25,450 bases of DNA from a virus (lineage: Duplodnaviria; Caudoviricetes): IMG/VR virus record IMGVR_UViG_3300020042_001908, positions 1-25,450 of that record, one strand, 5' to 3'. A model generated the notes under the pieces. It did not search any database. It worked only from the letters and a program-made list of their open reading frames with translations, and was not told the origin of the DNA. Position numbers and translations under genes: made by a program. Below, in pieces: positions 15,170 to 24,047 of this stretch. Every line of letters starts with the position of its first letter. Within the stretch, counting starts at the first letter, position 1.

Positions 15170-15820
15170 TTAGAACCCGAAGCCCATGCCGGCCTTGCCG
15201 CCTGCGCCCATTTGCATTCCTAAGAATTGGGCTGGCATATTGAAAAGCTGTCCATAAGCCTTGGCTTGGCCAAGTTCACCACCAGCCAATGCTGCTCCTT
15301 GCTGAGACAGCAAGTTGGCCACATTGGTGCCTGTTTCCATGCCAGCAGCGCCAACACCAGCAGCAGATCGCTGGCCAAGTTGCGTCATGCCGCCCAAGCG
15401 ACCATATTGCTGCTCAATGAGGCTTGACAGGAGCTGAGGACGGAACTGAGCTAGTGCGCCTTGGATGTTTCCACCACGCAGACCACCAGTGGCCGATGCA
15501 CGCTGAAGCAATGCTTCTTCGCCTTGGTTGGCAAGTGCTTGGAATGTCTCACCACCACTGATTCTCTCAATGGCTGCACGTTCTGCCTCTGGTCCTTTGA
15601 GACCAAGAAATGCCTGCTGTGCTTCGAGTGCTGGCAGGCCTGCCTCTGTGTAAGGCTTGAGCAAGGCTTGCAGTGCATCGAATTGCCTGCGTTGTTCTGC
15701 GATGCCTTGGCCTGCTGCGCCAGCTTGGATATTGGCTGCGTCTTCAGCAGCTCCAGCTTGCATTACGCTTCCGACAAGTTGGCTTCCACCAACGACTAGG
15801 GCTGTGACTGGATCAGGCAT
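15170..15820 (-). CDS. DNA ejection protein (P22 gp7-like)
   Basis: Gly/Ala/Gln-rich; LKPY..AG, QGEEALLQRASATGGLRGGN.QGALAQF motif. Confidence 0.82.
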   Translation of the reverse strand: MPDPVTALVVGGSQLVGSVMQAGAAEDAANIQAGAAGQGIAEQRRQFDALQALLKPYTEAGLPALEAQQAFLGLKGPEAERAAIERISGGETFQALANQGEEALLQRASATGGLRGGNIQGALAQFRPQLLSSLIEQQYGRLGGMTQLGQRSAAGVGAAGMETGTNVANLLSQQGAALAGGELGQAKAYGQLFNMPAQFLGMQMGAGGKAGMGFGF

Positions 15821-16262
15821 TGCCGAACTCCTTCATGTAGTCTTCAAATTTCTCGCCATACAACTCCATGACCAGATGTGCATTCTTTGTGGCAAAGCCT
15901 GGGCCATGCGTGAGCGATACGGCCATCAAAATCAGGTCGTAGTAGCCTGCACGCCAGACGAATGATCTGGCATCAGCTTCACCTGCACGCTCGGCATGGT
16001 CAGAGGCTTGCCACTTCATGATTGCTGTTGCCAGCAATGGCACGAGATGATGGCTGTTTGTGATAAAAAATTGGTTTTGATGCATGCCAACCAACGTGTT
16101 CCAGATGGTTGCATTCAGGTCTTTGCGCTCAACCGTATCGCCATCAGCAATATCGTCAAACACCTGAATGGCATCGTATACCATGACCAGCCATTCCACG
16201 ACTGGCGCAGGCAACAGAAGAACCCTTTGCAGGTTTTCTTTGAGCCAATCGATACCAATCAT
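15813..16262 (-). CDS. conserved phage protein with DDxxD (isoprenoid-synthase-like) motif
   Basis: 149 aa, helical; QVFDDIADGD; AGGAG RBS before ATG 16262. Confidence 0.7.
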   Translation of the reverse strand: MIGIDWLKENLQRVLLLPAPVVEWLVMVYDAIQVFDDIADGDTVERKDLNATIWNTLVGMHQNQFFITNSHHLVPLLATAIMKWQASDHAERAGEADARSFVWRAGYYDLILMAVSLTHGPGFATKNAHLVMELYGEKFEDYMKEFGNA

Positions 16263-16264
16263 GT

Positions 16265-16344
16265 GCAACTCCTGTTCAGGGTGAGCTGCTGGTGGCCCGA
16301 TAGACTCAGCGCCTTTATTTTCCCACATTTTGACATTTGGTCAA
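16265..16344 (-). promoter_or_regulatory. putative internal promoter and RBS-occluding hairpin
   Basis: TTGACC, 16 bp, GAAAAT (16344-16317). GCAGCTC (16289-16283) pairs with GAGTTGC (16271-16265), covering part of the SD. Confidence 0.5.
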
Positions 16345-16742
16345 TCTTCTATTTCAAATTCACGTTCTTCCCATGCCTGACAGACGCGCAGGTCGTGACA
16401 GATGAACTCAAATTTGGTGCAGTAGCCTCGGAAACCAGCATCGGTGTCCCACTCATTGCGAGGGATGCGTTCCATATTGGCCTGTGTCATGGTGCTGTTG
16501 TCGTAGTACTCGCAGTTGGAGCAGCGACGACGACGAGCCTCTTTTTCGTCCACTTGCATGGCTTTGCCCACCGCGATCCAGTAGGTCTTGTTGGCCGTTG
16601 GCTCATTGCTTGGATTCTCAGGGCCAAGCATCCAGTCATCAATGGCGATCTGGGTGTTCTTCTTGTTTTCTGCTGTGGTGATGAATTCCTCACCCATTGG
16701 CAGGCCCATGAAGCCCTTTGGCATCATCATAAATTTGTCCAT
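16341..16742 (-). CDS. Cys-rich protein with HiPIP-like Cys spacing
   Basis: RRCSNCEYY...GYCTKFEFICHDLRVCQAW; AAGGAG RBS. Confidence 0.75.
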   Translation of the reverse strand: MDKFMMMPKGFMGLPMGEEFITTAENKKNTQIAIDDWMLGPENPSNEPTANKTYWIAVGKAMQVDEKEARRRRCSNCEYYDNSTMTQANMERIPRNEWDTDAGFRGYCTKFEFICHDLRVCQAWEEREFEIED

Positions 16743-16756
16743 GCTGTTCTCCTTGA

Positions 16757-17092
16757 TTAAGTGATTTCGCGGCCAGAGGCGCGGATGGTCAGCGATGTTG
16801 CTGCGCTGGCGATGGTGCTAATGAATCCACCGGACTCCAATGCCTGGCCAACCAACTCGGGGCAGGTGTAGGTCTCATCTGGTGCAATGGCGCGTGTGTC
16901 CATGATCAGGTTGGATGTGCTGGCCGATCCACCACTTGTCACCAAGTTGACGCTGATGGTCACATTGCCTGCGCTGGTGTTGGTGATCGTGAACTTGTCA
17001 ATGATCGCCTTACAGTTGGTCGCTGTGTACTGTGTGGTCTGGACATTTTCGGCCTGCTTTGGTGGGATCAGAACCTTGATTGATACGGTCAT
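16757..17092 (-). CDS. beta-sandwich virion/tail protein, paralog 2 (111 aa)
   Basis: AAGGAG RBS; TTQYT...NTSA...LESGGFI...LTIRASGREIT. Confidence 0.8.
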   Translation of the reverse strand: MTVSIKVLIPPKQAENVQTTQYTATNCKAIIDKFTITNTSAGNVTISVNLVTSGGSASTSNLIMDTRAIAPDETYTCPELVGQALESGGFISTIASAATSLTIRASGREIT

Positions 17093-17102
17093 TTCATTCT
17101 CC

Positions 17103-17438
17103 TTATGTGGCTTCGCCACCGCTGGCGATGATTGTGAGGCCAGCGGATGCTGCCTGAATTTGAATGGTATCTCCTGCGTTCAACACCTCGACACCGTTGT
17201 ATTGCAAGGAGTTGTTTGCAGGGACTGGCACATCGTATAGGAATGCATTGCTTGTGCCTGCTGTGCCTGCTGATGGCACCAAGAACACGCGAGCATTGAT
17301 TGGCGCTGCCGTGGTGTTGGCAATGCTAAATTCTTTGAGCAATGTGCGTGTGCTGGCCGGTACTGTGTACAGCGTGGTCACGCCTGTCGTGATGGCCGCT
17401 TGGCCAAGTTTTGTGGGTGTGATTACATCGAAAGCCAT
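17103..17438 (-). CDS. beta-sandwich virion/tail protein, paralog 1 (111 aa)
   Basis: TTLYT...NTTA...LNAGDTI...LTIIASGGEAT. Confidence 0.8.
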   Translation of the reverse strand: MAFDVITPTKLGQAAITTGVTTLYTVPASTRTLLKEFSIANTTAAPINARVFLVPSAGTAGTSNAFLYDVPVPANNSLQYNGVEVLNAGDTIQIQAASAGLTIIASGGEAT

Positions 17439-18448
17439 GTGAGCACCAAGTTAGATTTAACGGAGGCTGGAATGCTTGAAAGTGGCACTGGGCCGTTTTC
17501 CCAACGTAGTTGGACTCCATCGTAAACGAGGACATCCCCATTTGCAGGTGTCGGTGCATAAACATCAGAAAGTTGGCTGACCAGCGGCTCGGCTTGGACT
17601 CTGACAAAGACAGAGCCAGAGCCTGCTGTGGCCGCATTGACCACCGCAGCCACAACAATGTGAGGTAGTGGGGCTGTTGGCTGTGTTTTTGTCAGGCCGC
17701 CAGCGAATGATGGGTTGTAGTACAGGATGTCACCGTCTGCCCAGACCTCACCATAAGGTGTGCCTGTGGTGTTAAAGCCGCGCACCAGACCGAAGCTGGA
17801 GACCAGGCCAAAACCATTGTTGGCGATGGCTTCTGCGGCCACGCCCATGATGAGTTGGCCGTTTGTCACTCCAGTGGATGGTTTGCCCTTCAGCACGCCA
17901 GAAGCGCCAACAGAGCCATCGAACATCACCAATTGACCTTTGGCAATGGCAGCCGAGGCTTTGATGTAGTAGTACTGCGATTCGCCAATGGCTTGATTGA
18001 CGTTCGGTGTCATCTCAAGGTTGAGCGTGTAGCCACCATTCCAATGCATCCGGCCAACCTTTGCGACTGGCGATGGCGTGGTGGTGTTGAAATCAATGTA
18101 GTCTGTGACCACCGAATTGTTGTTCTCAATGACTGGTGCTGTCGAGAGCAGCTCAAGTGCTTGTGCCAAGCGTGGGATGGCATCCAAGGCCTGTTGCACT
18201 TTGGCATTCAGCACAGCGTCATCGACTGCCGTGTTCTGAGCAAGTGCGCTAATTTGCGCCAATGCCTCATTTGCGGCTGCGGCTGCATTGTCGGCCTGAT
18301 AGACAAAATCAATATTTGTTATTTCTTGGATTTCATCCACAGCAGCAAACAGCAGTTCAAACTGTCTGATCTGTTGCTGATCAGTCAGAAACTGCGCAAG
18401 CTGGTCTCGCGTCAGATTGAGTTTGCGGGATGTAGGTGCGGTTGCCAT
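17423..18448 (-). CDS. tail needle/fibre-like protein (gp26-position)
   Basis: Follows the gp10-like gene; N-terminal coiled coil, central beta domain, C-terminal LSDV....ANGDVLVYD...WEN fibre module. Confidence 0.65.
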   Translation of the reverse strand: MATAPTSRKLNLTRDQLAQFLTDQQQIRQFELLFAAVDEIQEITNIDFVYQADNAAAAANEALAQISALAQNTAVDDAVLNAKVQQALDAIPRLAQALELLSTAPVIENNNSVVTDYIDFNTTTPSPVAKVGRMHWNGGYTLNLEMTPNVNQAIGESQYYYIKASAAIAKGQLVMFDGSVGASGVLKGKPSTGVTNGQLIMGVAAEAIANNGFGLVSSFGLVRGFNTTGTPYGEVWADGDILYYNPSFAGGLTKTQPTAPLPHIVVAAVVNAATAGSGSVFVRVQAEPLVSQLSDVYAPTPANGDVLVYDGVQLRWENGPVPLSSIPASVKSNLVLTWLSM

Positions 18449-19857
18449 CAGAACGCCAATGCCTCGATCTGGGCTTCAAGTCGGATGAATGACACGTGGG
18501 CATCGCTGTCGCCACGGAAGCGCTGGATGCGCCAGTTGCGCATGTGGCCTTGCTGAAACCATGCCAGTCGCTTGACTGTGTTTCCAGTCGTTCCAACTGT
18601 GATGCTTCTGTCTTGACTCCAAGACTTTCCGTCCACGCTGTAGCTAGTGCTGATCTGTGGATTCTTGCCAAGCGCCACACTGCCGGTCAAGCTGACAAGC
18701 TCCATCTCATTGAAGATCGCGCCATTGCCTTCGTTGTACGCGATGAGTGTGCCAAATTCCCAGCGCACCTGCTGACCCCAATGGTGGCCAGTAGATTGCA
18801 CCAGGTAACCAATGGCATCAGACTGAGGGTCTCCAACCAGCCACTTGTCATAAGCCCAGACAAGATTGCGTGCGCGATACTGTGCAAAGCCGACCACAGT
18901 GGTTGTCAGCGTGAACCAGACTTGCTCGCCAAGTGCCTCAGATGCCGATGCATCGTAGACGATGGTGCGGTCTGGAAGGTGCACGTATAGGTGCTCGTGA
19001 TTCTTGTCGTTGCGTGCTTCGAGCTTGACCAGTGCGAGTTGCGCCTCTGTGTAGTTCAAGAGCAGATTGTCGATCTCTTGCGTGCTGATCTTTTGTGTAG
19101 TGGCTGCCGCACCGACATAGATGCCTGGCGCTTCATTGCGACCACCTCCTAAAAATGCAATGCGGTCAATGTAGACGCAGCATGCAAATGTTCCGACCAC
19201 GCCTTTTTGGATTTGTGCGCCATCAATGCGTGCAAATGGGAACAGTTCGCCACCCACGTTGTCGAACACCTCAATGGTGTTTCTGTTGAGCGCATAGATT
19301 TCATTGCGCAGTTTCAGCAATGCCACCACTGGGTCTGGATCGACTTCTGAGCTTCCATATTTCAGCGGATTGACCTGAGCAGGATCAAAGAGTTCTGTGA
19401 CGATCAGGCTTGTGCCATCGGTTGTCATGAAATAACCATCCACCCAGACAACATCCAACACCAAACCAAGGTCTGGGTCTGTTACTTGCACCACGCCAAG
19501 TGCTGAATTCCAGTAGTACAGACGACCACCAGAAGCAATGGCCAGACGGTCAAAGCTGTAGTCAAACGTCACTAGGGTGTTAATTGGCCCACCGACATCA
19601 CCAAGAATTGTCACAGCGCCATCGCTTGCCACTTTCACGAGCTTTGTTCCCATGACTCGGTAGCAGATGCCGTTCCAGTTGATGCCACCACGATCAACGC
19701 CTGGTCCTGTGCCGTTGGCCACAATGCCATCGCCTGGACGCAGGAATCCGTTGCTGATGCCGGACTTCTTAGGCACTGGCACCATGTTGACCGGATAGCT
19801 GGTGCGCAGCTCTGGTGTGTTGTCAGCGTAGATGCCGTTGAGGATTGGGATTTGCAT
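18448..19857 (-). CDS. packaged DNA stabilization protein / tail hub (P22 gp10-like)
   Basis: 469 aa; YPVNMVP.PK....SNGFLR..G, RGGINWNG.CYRVMG.KL, DGYF, SSEVDPD motifs; size and position match gp10. Confidence 0.9.
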   Translation of the reverse strand: MQIPILNGIYADNTPELRTSYPVNMVPVPKKSGISNGFLRPGDGIVANGTGPGVDRGGINWNGICYRVMGTKLVKVASDGAVTILGDVGGPINTLVTFDYSFDRLAIASGGRLYYWNSALGVVQVTDPDLGLVLDVVWVDGYFMTTDGTSLIVTELFDPAQVNPLKYGSSEVDPDPVVALLKLRNEIYALNRNTIEVFDNVGGELFPFARIDGAQIQKGVVGTFACCVYIDRIAFLGGGRNEAPGIYVGAAATTQKISTQEIDNLLLNYTEAQLALVKLEARNDKNHEHLYVHLPDRTIVYDASASEALGEQVWFTLTTTVVGFAQYRARNLVWAYDKWLVGDPQSDAIGYLVQSTGHHWGQQVRWEFGTLIAYNEGNGAIFNEMELVSLTGSVALGKNPQISTSYSVDGKSWSQDRSITVGTTGNTVKRLAWFQQGHMRNWRIQRFRGDSDAHVSFIRLEAQIEALAF

Positions 19858-19860
19858 GGC

Positions 19861-20145
19861 TTACCACTTGACCTTGTTGGCCCAATACGCTGCGCTCATC
19901 TTGCCCTTGGCAATGTTCTCAGCGTGTCGGGCCTTGAATGATTCTCGACGCGTCTTGTCTGCCTTTGACTCGCCTTCCTTCTTTGGAGACCCAGACACGC
20001 CTTGCTGACCAAAGCGAATGGTTTTCACTTGGTCACCGGCCTTGGCCACGACAACATGGCTTTTGGTGGGATGCGATGGTGTGCGCTTGGGCTTGTTGTA
20101 GCCCTCCACACCAACGCGAGCAAGTCTTGAGTCTTTGGTGGCCAT
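19861..20145 (-). CDS. small basic conserved phage protein (IRFGQQG..RRESFKARH..SAAYWA)
   Basis: 94 aa, Lys/Arg-rich; motif recalled from aquatic phages. Confidence 0.8.
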   Translation of the reverse strand: MATKDSRLARVGVEGYNKPKRTPSHPTKSHVVVAKAGDQVKTIRFGQQGVSGSPKKEGESKADKTRRESFKARHAENIAKGKMSAAYWANKVKW

Positions 20146-20147
20146 GA

Positions 20148-20603
20148 TTATCCGATGCGATACCAGCTGTTTGTGGCTTGGTAGAAGCGCATTGTGAAGA
20201 ACGCATTGGCAGCCAATGTGGTTGGCGCACCGTAGGCATTGGACGCACCATTGACCGCCAGTGTGAAGCTGGTGATGATCTGGGTGGTCGTGATGATCAC
20301 TTCAGTTCCATCAGGTGTGCCTGTGTTCAATGGCAGCGTGATTGTGCCTGCGGCTAGTGTGCCAGCAGGCTGAATGATCATCCATTGCTGTTCGCTGACT
20401 GGTGTTGGAACTGTGACATTGAAGCCTGTGCCTGGTGTGTACAGGTTGGTGGCCACGGTTGGAGCCGCAAACACTTGCTGGAAGTATTGCAGCAGCTGCG
20501 TGATCGAAACCTTGCGAGCGTCACCATTGTTTGAGACATAAACCGGAAGCAGATCACCGCCAGAAACTTGGCTGATGCCCGATAGTTGATTGATGGTTGG
20601 CAT
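20148..20603 (-). CDS. hypothetical structural protein
   Basis: 151 aa, Thr-rich beta protein; MPTINQL...GDLLPV..NGDARKVSITQL fibre-like N-terminus. Confidence 0.75.
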   Translation of the reverse strand: MPTINQLSGISQVSGGDLLPVYVSNNGDARKVSITQLLQYFQQVFAAPTVATNLYTPGTGFNVTVPTPVSEQQWMIIQPAGTLAAGTITLPLNTGTPDGTEVIITTTQIITSFTLAVNGASNAYGAPTTLAANAFFTMRFYQATNSWYRIG

Positions 20604-20615
20604 GATTGTGATTCC

Positions 20616-21098
20616 TCAGTTGAATTCGAGTGGGCCATCTTGACCGGCCAAGACAGGATCGACTGGCGGACGGATGAAAGGATTGTCGTATACGCGCCAA
20701 GGCTTGTTGCCTGCGCCTGCTGGCATTGTGCTTGGCAGTTGTTGCTCCATTGGCATGGCCGCACGCGACAGCAGGGTGTTGTAGGATTCCTTGGCCGTGG
20801 CCTTGGTGTCAGGCATGACCTGTTTGCCGTAGCTTGGAGCCAGCTTGATCGCCAAGTTTGTGTAGATCGCCTCGTTGGATGAGTCAGGCACGTTGGTCTG
20901 CTCATCCAGATCGCTGTCTTGTGGGCTGGATGGCAGTGGATAGCCCAAGCGAATGCCAAGAGCGTTCCATGCTGCGATCATGGTGTCGAGCCTGCGCAGG
21001 GCAGACTGCAACTGCTCTGGAGTCATATCAAAGACGTAGGAGGCAAGGCCAATTTCTTCAAAGGCCTGTGCGACGAATTGGCGCTTGGTCCATCCCAT
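20616..21098 (-). CDS. head-to-tail adaptor (P22 gp4-like)
   Basis: TK..V..A...G...PEQLQSALRRLD.MIA.W...GI.LGY...NLAIKLAP.YG...MPAGAGNK; 160 aa. Confidence 0.9.
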   Translation of the reverse strand: MGWTKRQFVAQAFEEIGLASYVFDMTPEQLQSALRRLDTMIAAWNALGIRLGYPLPSSPQDSDLDEQTNVPDSSNEAIYTNLAIKLAPSYGKQVMPDTKATAKESYNTLLSRAAMPMEQQLPSTMPAGAGNKPWRVYDNPFIRPPVDPVLAGQDGPLEFN

Positions 21099-21099
21099 G

Positions 21100-21405
21100 T
21101 CATTCTCCTGTGTTCTCAGACAATCTGTCTTGGATCAATTGTCCCAGTTTTTTGTCTTTTGTGCGACCATCAAAGCGAATTCCGAGTTCTGTGGCTTTGG
21201 CCTCAAGCTCTTCGCGGGTTGGTGCTGAGTCATCGACTGGCTCAGTTTCCACTACTTCTTGAGCTTGAGCTTGAGCTTCTGCTGCGGCTGCTTGCTCGGC
21301 CAGCAGGCGATGGTTGATGCCATCGATTGGCTTGGATGGCTTGCGAACCTTGACTGGTTTCTTGCCTTTGCGATATTTTGGAATGAGGATGTTATCTTGC
21401 ATCAC
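21100..21405 (-). CDS. hypothetical protein with C-terminal HeH/Rho-N-like motif
   Basis: TREELEAKATELGIRFDGRTKDKKLGQLI; lies between coat and gp4-like genes. Confidence 0.7.
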   Translation of the reverse strand: MMQDNILIPKYRKGKKPVKVRKPSKPIDGINHRLLAEQAAAAEAQAQAQEVVETEPVDDSAPTREELEAKATELGIRFDGRTKDKKLGQLIQDRLSENTGE

Positions 21406-21578
21406 TTGGCCTTCTTTTTCATTGGCTTGGCGGTTTTGGCGGCTGCTTTGAACGCTGCGGCAGTAGGTGCACCCTTTGTGCCAGGCTTGCGCATGCGCTC
21501 AGGGGTTTTTCCTGCGGCCTTCTGGTCTGCAATGCGCTCACGCTTGGCGTGAATGTTTGCGTACAAACCGGCCTTCAT
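21402..21578 (-). CDS. small basic protein (58 aa, GLYANIHAKR motif)
   Basis: ATGA-coupled start MKAGLYANIHAKRERI...; Lys/Ala-rich. Confidence 0.8.
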   Translation of the reverse strand: MKAGLYANIHAKRERIADQKAAGKTPERMRKPGTKGAPTAAAFKAAAKTAKPMKKKAK

Positions 21579-21745
21579 TTCATGGCCTTCTTTGGCGCTT
21601 TGCTGGGCTTGCCTGCTGCCTTGGCTGCTTTGGTGGCAACGTTCAAAGCAATGGCCACAGCCTGCTTCATAGGCTTGCCTGCTTTTTTCTCGACTTTGAT
21701 GTTCTTGCCGATGGATTTGCTTGAATAACCTTTGGTCAATGGCAT
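21575..21745 (-). CDS. small basic protein (56 aa, KSIGKNI..GKPMKQAVAIAL)
   Basis: Translated by hand: MPLTKGYSSKSIGKNIKVEKKAGKPMKQAVAIALNVATKAAKAAGKPSKAPKKAMK. AGGAG RBS. Confidence 0.82.
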   Translation of the reverse strand: MPLTKGYSSKSIGKNIKVEKKAGKPMKQAVAIALNVATKAAKAAGKPSKAPKKAMK

Positions 21746-21761
21746 GGTGATCTCCTATTGG

Positions 21762-21784
21762 AAAAAGGGGGGCCGAAGCCCCCC
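21762..21784 (-). terminator. intrinsic terminator after the coat gene
   Basis: GGGGGGC-TTCG-GCCCCCC-TTTTT on the minus strand (UUCG tetraloop). Confidence 0.9.
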
Positions 21785-21799
21785 AGTTTTTTGGCCAGA

Positions 21800-23083
21800 T
21801 TACTGGTTGAACAACAAGATGCCAGACATCTCGGGATTCTTGTTGACCACACCGAACAGTGTGTCCATACGATACTTGATCGTCATGCTGTTGATGTCGT
21901 ACCACTTTTGCAAGACCAACTCGATGCCTTGGTCTGTGCTTGCACGCATCACTGCGACACCAGCGTCAGAAGGCACTGCGTAACGGCCAGGCAAGATTTC
22001 CAAGGAATCACGCTGCCAGAACACGTTCACAGAAGCTGCGTTGACGTTCAAGAAGGTGATGGCAGAAGTGTTGGAAGCTGGGTCAACAGTCACGTTCTGA
22101 TATTGCTTCTGAGCGTCAGTTGCACTGCCTTGAGCACCGATGATTGGAGGAGTGATGGTCATGGTAGTGCCAGAATCAACAGACACAACACGGAAAGTCT
22201 TCAACTGACCAGTGCTTTGCTTGGTGATGTGGTGCACAGCATACACGCCTGCGATCTTAAATGCATCGCCAGCAACCACGCCAGTGGTCGATGAGACAGT
22301 CACGGTCTGGAAGCGGTTGTCCACGTTGATCTGGCCGCCCACTGCTGTGGAAGTGGCTTGAGGAGCGTAGTTCGCTTGTGTACCTGAACCGCTTGTGTCG
22401 ATGGTGATAGAACCACCACCACCAGCAGCTGCCAGACGGTTTGCATAGTCCATCTTGTAGGTGTCGAAACCTGCGACCATGCCAACGTAGTTGCGCTCGT
22501 ATGCCTTGTCAGACTTGGCATTGCCGAACGAACGGCTGGCTTGAGACAAGTTACCGGCCAGACCGTTGTAGTCACGGCTAGACAAAGCCATGAAACGATC
22601 GTAGTCAGGCACGCCTTGCTCGTTCATGATGGTGTCGCACAAGGAGACATCATCATAGTCACCAGCAGCAGCAGCGATTGGCACAACCAAAGAGCCGAGG
22701 TTTGCAGCAGAGCTCATGATGGCCACGTTGATGTCAGAGGCCAGCTTTTGCTTGGCGCTCTCACCCAAACGGCCTTCTTGCAACGCATCGCGCAACTCGA
22801 GGGCAGTCATTTCCCAAGGCACAGTCTGGCTGTAGCCCAAGGTGGCAGGAACGGCCAACTGTGTCATGCCTTGGTATTGGCCAGCGATAGTTGTTCCAGG
22901 AGTTGTGGAAATCGACTGAGCAATGTAAGGCTGGGGACGCCAGATGGTGTTGTTGGCGCGTTCCATCATTGTCTGATCTGTGTTGTAGATGTTGACATGA
23001 CGAGACAAAACCAGCGCGTCTTGGAAGCCTTCGAGGAGGTCTTCAAACGCAACGCGCTCTTCTTTTGAGAAACTATTGGACAT
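21800..23083 (-). CDS. major capsid protein (P22 gp5-like coat)
   Basis: 427 aa; NTIWRP, ELRD......SAKQKLASDI, NVDNRFQTVTVS, GDAFKIAGV....ITKQ motifs; follows the scaffold and precedes a terminator. Confidence 0.93.
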   Translation of the reverse strand: MSNSFSKEERVAFEDLLEGFQDALVLSRHVNIYNTDQTMMERANNTIWRPQPYIAQSISTTPGTTIAGQYQGMTQLAVPATLGYSQTVPWEMTALELRDALQEGRLGESAKQKLASDINVAIMSSAANLGSLVVPIAAAAGDYDDVSLCDTIMNEQGVPDYDRFMALSSRDYNGLAGNLSQASRSFGNAKSDKAYERNYVGMVAGFDTYKMDYANRLAAAGGGGSITIDTSGSGTQANYAPQATSTAVGGQINVDNRFQTVTVSSTTGVVAGDAFKIAGVYAVHHITKQSTGQLKTFRVVSVDSGTTMTITPPIIGAQGSATDAQKQYQNVTVDPASNTSAITFLNVNAASVNVFWQRDSLEILPGRYAVPSDAGVAVMRASTDQGIELVLQKWYDINSMTIKYRMDTLFGVVNKNPEMSGILLFNQ

Positions 23084-23100
23084 GGTATTTCCTTAAAAAA

Positions 23101-23997
23101 TCATTTAGATGAAGCTGCTCGCTTCTGCGCCTTGTACTGGATGACTTTCGTCAGGTTTCCAGTACGAGCCGCTTCTTCTCGCAGCCGTTCGAGGGTTGAG
23201 TCCACCGCCCCAGATACTCGGCCAGTTCCTGACACGATTCTCTCGGGTGGCGGGGCTGCCTTACGGTTTGTAACTTTCAATTCTTTCTCCAGTTTCGCTA
23301 CCGCGAAGGCAAACTTTACAGGGTCTTTAATGTCGGACAGCTCTTTGGCCTTCTTTGGATTCTTGCCGAGTGCGTAAATCACGAGCGCAGGATTATCTGC
23401 ACCTTGGAGCACCACGCCTTGCTGGGTGATGTTGAAGAGTTCCTGAGCTACTGCCTCGGCATCCTCAAAATCTTTGACTCTCAGCTCGGCTTTCGCCTTG
23501 CCGTAGCTATCCAGTTTGGCTTGCCATGCTTTTTGCTGATTCATAACTTCAGCTTCTTGCTTGGCTGCGGCTTCATCGGCTTGTCGCTTGCGCTCAAACC
23601 AAGTGGCCAGTGCTTCCTCGAATTTGTCAGCGTCATAGTCGTAATCGTCAAGGCTTGGCTTCTTGCCCAACACGACCGGCTTGGTCTCAGTCTGTGCGGT
23701 GCTTTGCAGCTTTGCTTCAAGTTCACGAATTCGTCGCTTGTCTTCGCGTGATGTCTTACGCAGCTCGCGCACCCATTCAGGCGCATGAGTCTGTTCTTCG
23801 GGAGGTGGCGCTTCCTCACCAATGGATACGATCACCTCGTCGCTGTCGCCTTCGTTGCTTTCGGTGTCTTGGTCTTCGCCCTGGTCATCGATGGATTTGT
23901 GCTCATCGGTGGTTTGCTCAGTGCTTTGGCCTTCGTCCTCAACAACAATGGTGTCATCGTCTTGGTTTTCTTCTCCTGATACTGCCTTTGTGTTCAT
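23101..23997 (-). CDS. scaffolding protein (P22 gp8-like)
   Basis: 298 aa; acidic N-terminus, coiled coil, basic C-terminal helix-turn-helix; between portal and coat. Confidence 0.88.
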   Translation of the reverse strand: MNTKAVSGEENQDDDTIVVEDEGQSTEQTTDEHKSIDDQGEDQDTESNEGDSDEVIVSIGEEAPPPEEQTHAPEWVRELRKTSREDKRRIRELEAKLQSTAQTETKPVVLGKKPSLDDYDYDADKFEEALATWFERKRQADEAAAKQEAEVMNQQKAWQAKLDSYGKAKAELRVKDFEDAEAVAQELFNITQQGVVLQGADNPALVIYALGKNPKKAKELSDIKDPVKFAFAVAKLEKELKVTNRKAAPPPERIVSGTGRVSGAVDSTLERLREEAARTGNLTKVIQYKAQKRAASSK

Positions 23998-24016
23998 CTT
24001 CTGACCCCATCAAACT

Positions 24017-24047
24017 CACCCATTAGAACGGCTGGGTGGATGCCGTT
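24017..24047 (-). promoter_or_regulatory. predicted H-type RNA pseudoknot in the scaffold mRNA leader
   Basis: AACGGC-ATC-CACCCA-GCCGTT-CTAA-TGGGTG: two perfect interleaved 6-bp stems. Confidence 0.6.

Noticed and set aside
21402-21905. 167-aa ORF from the track, suggesting a frameshift extension of the coat protein
   Set aside because: It crosses the coat terminator, and no slippery site is evident at the coat 3' end. The region is better explained by two small genes with their own RBS or ATGA coupling.
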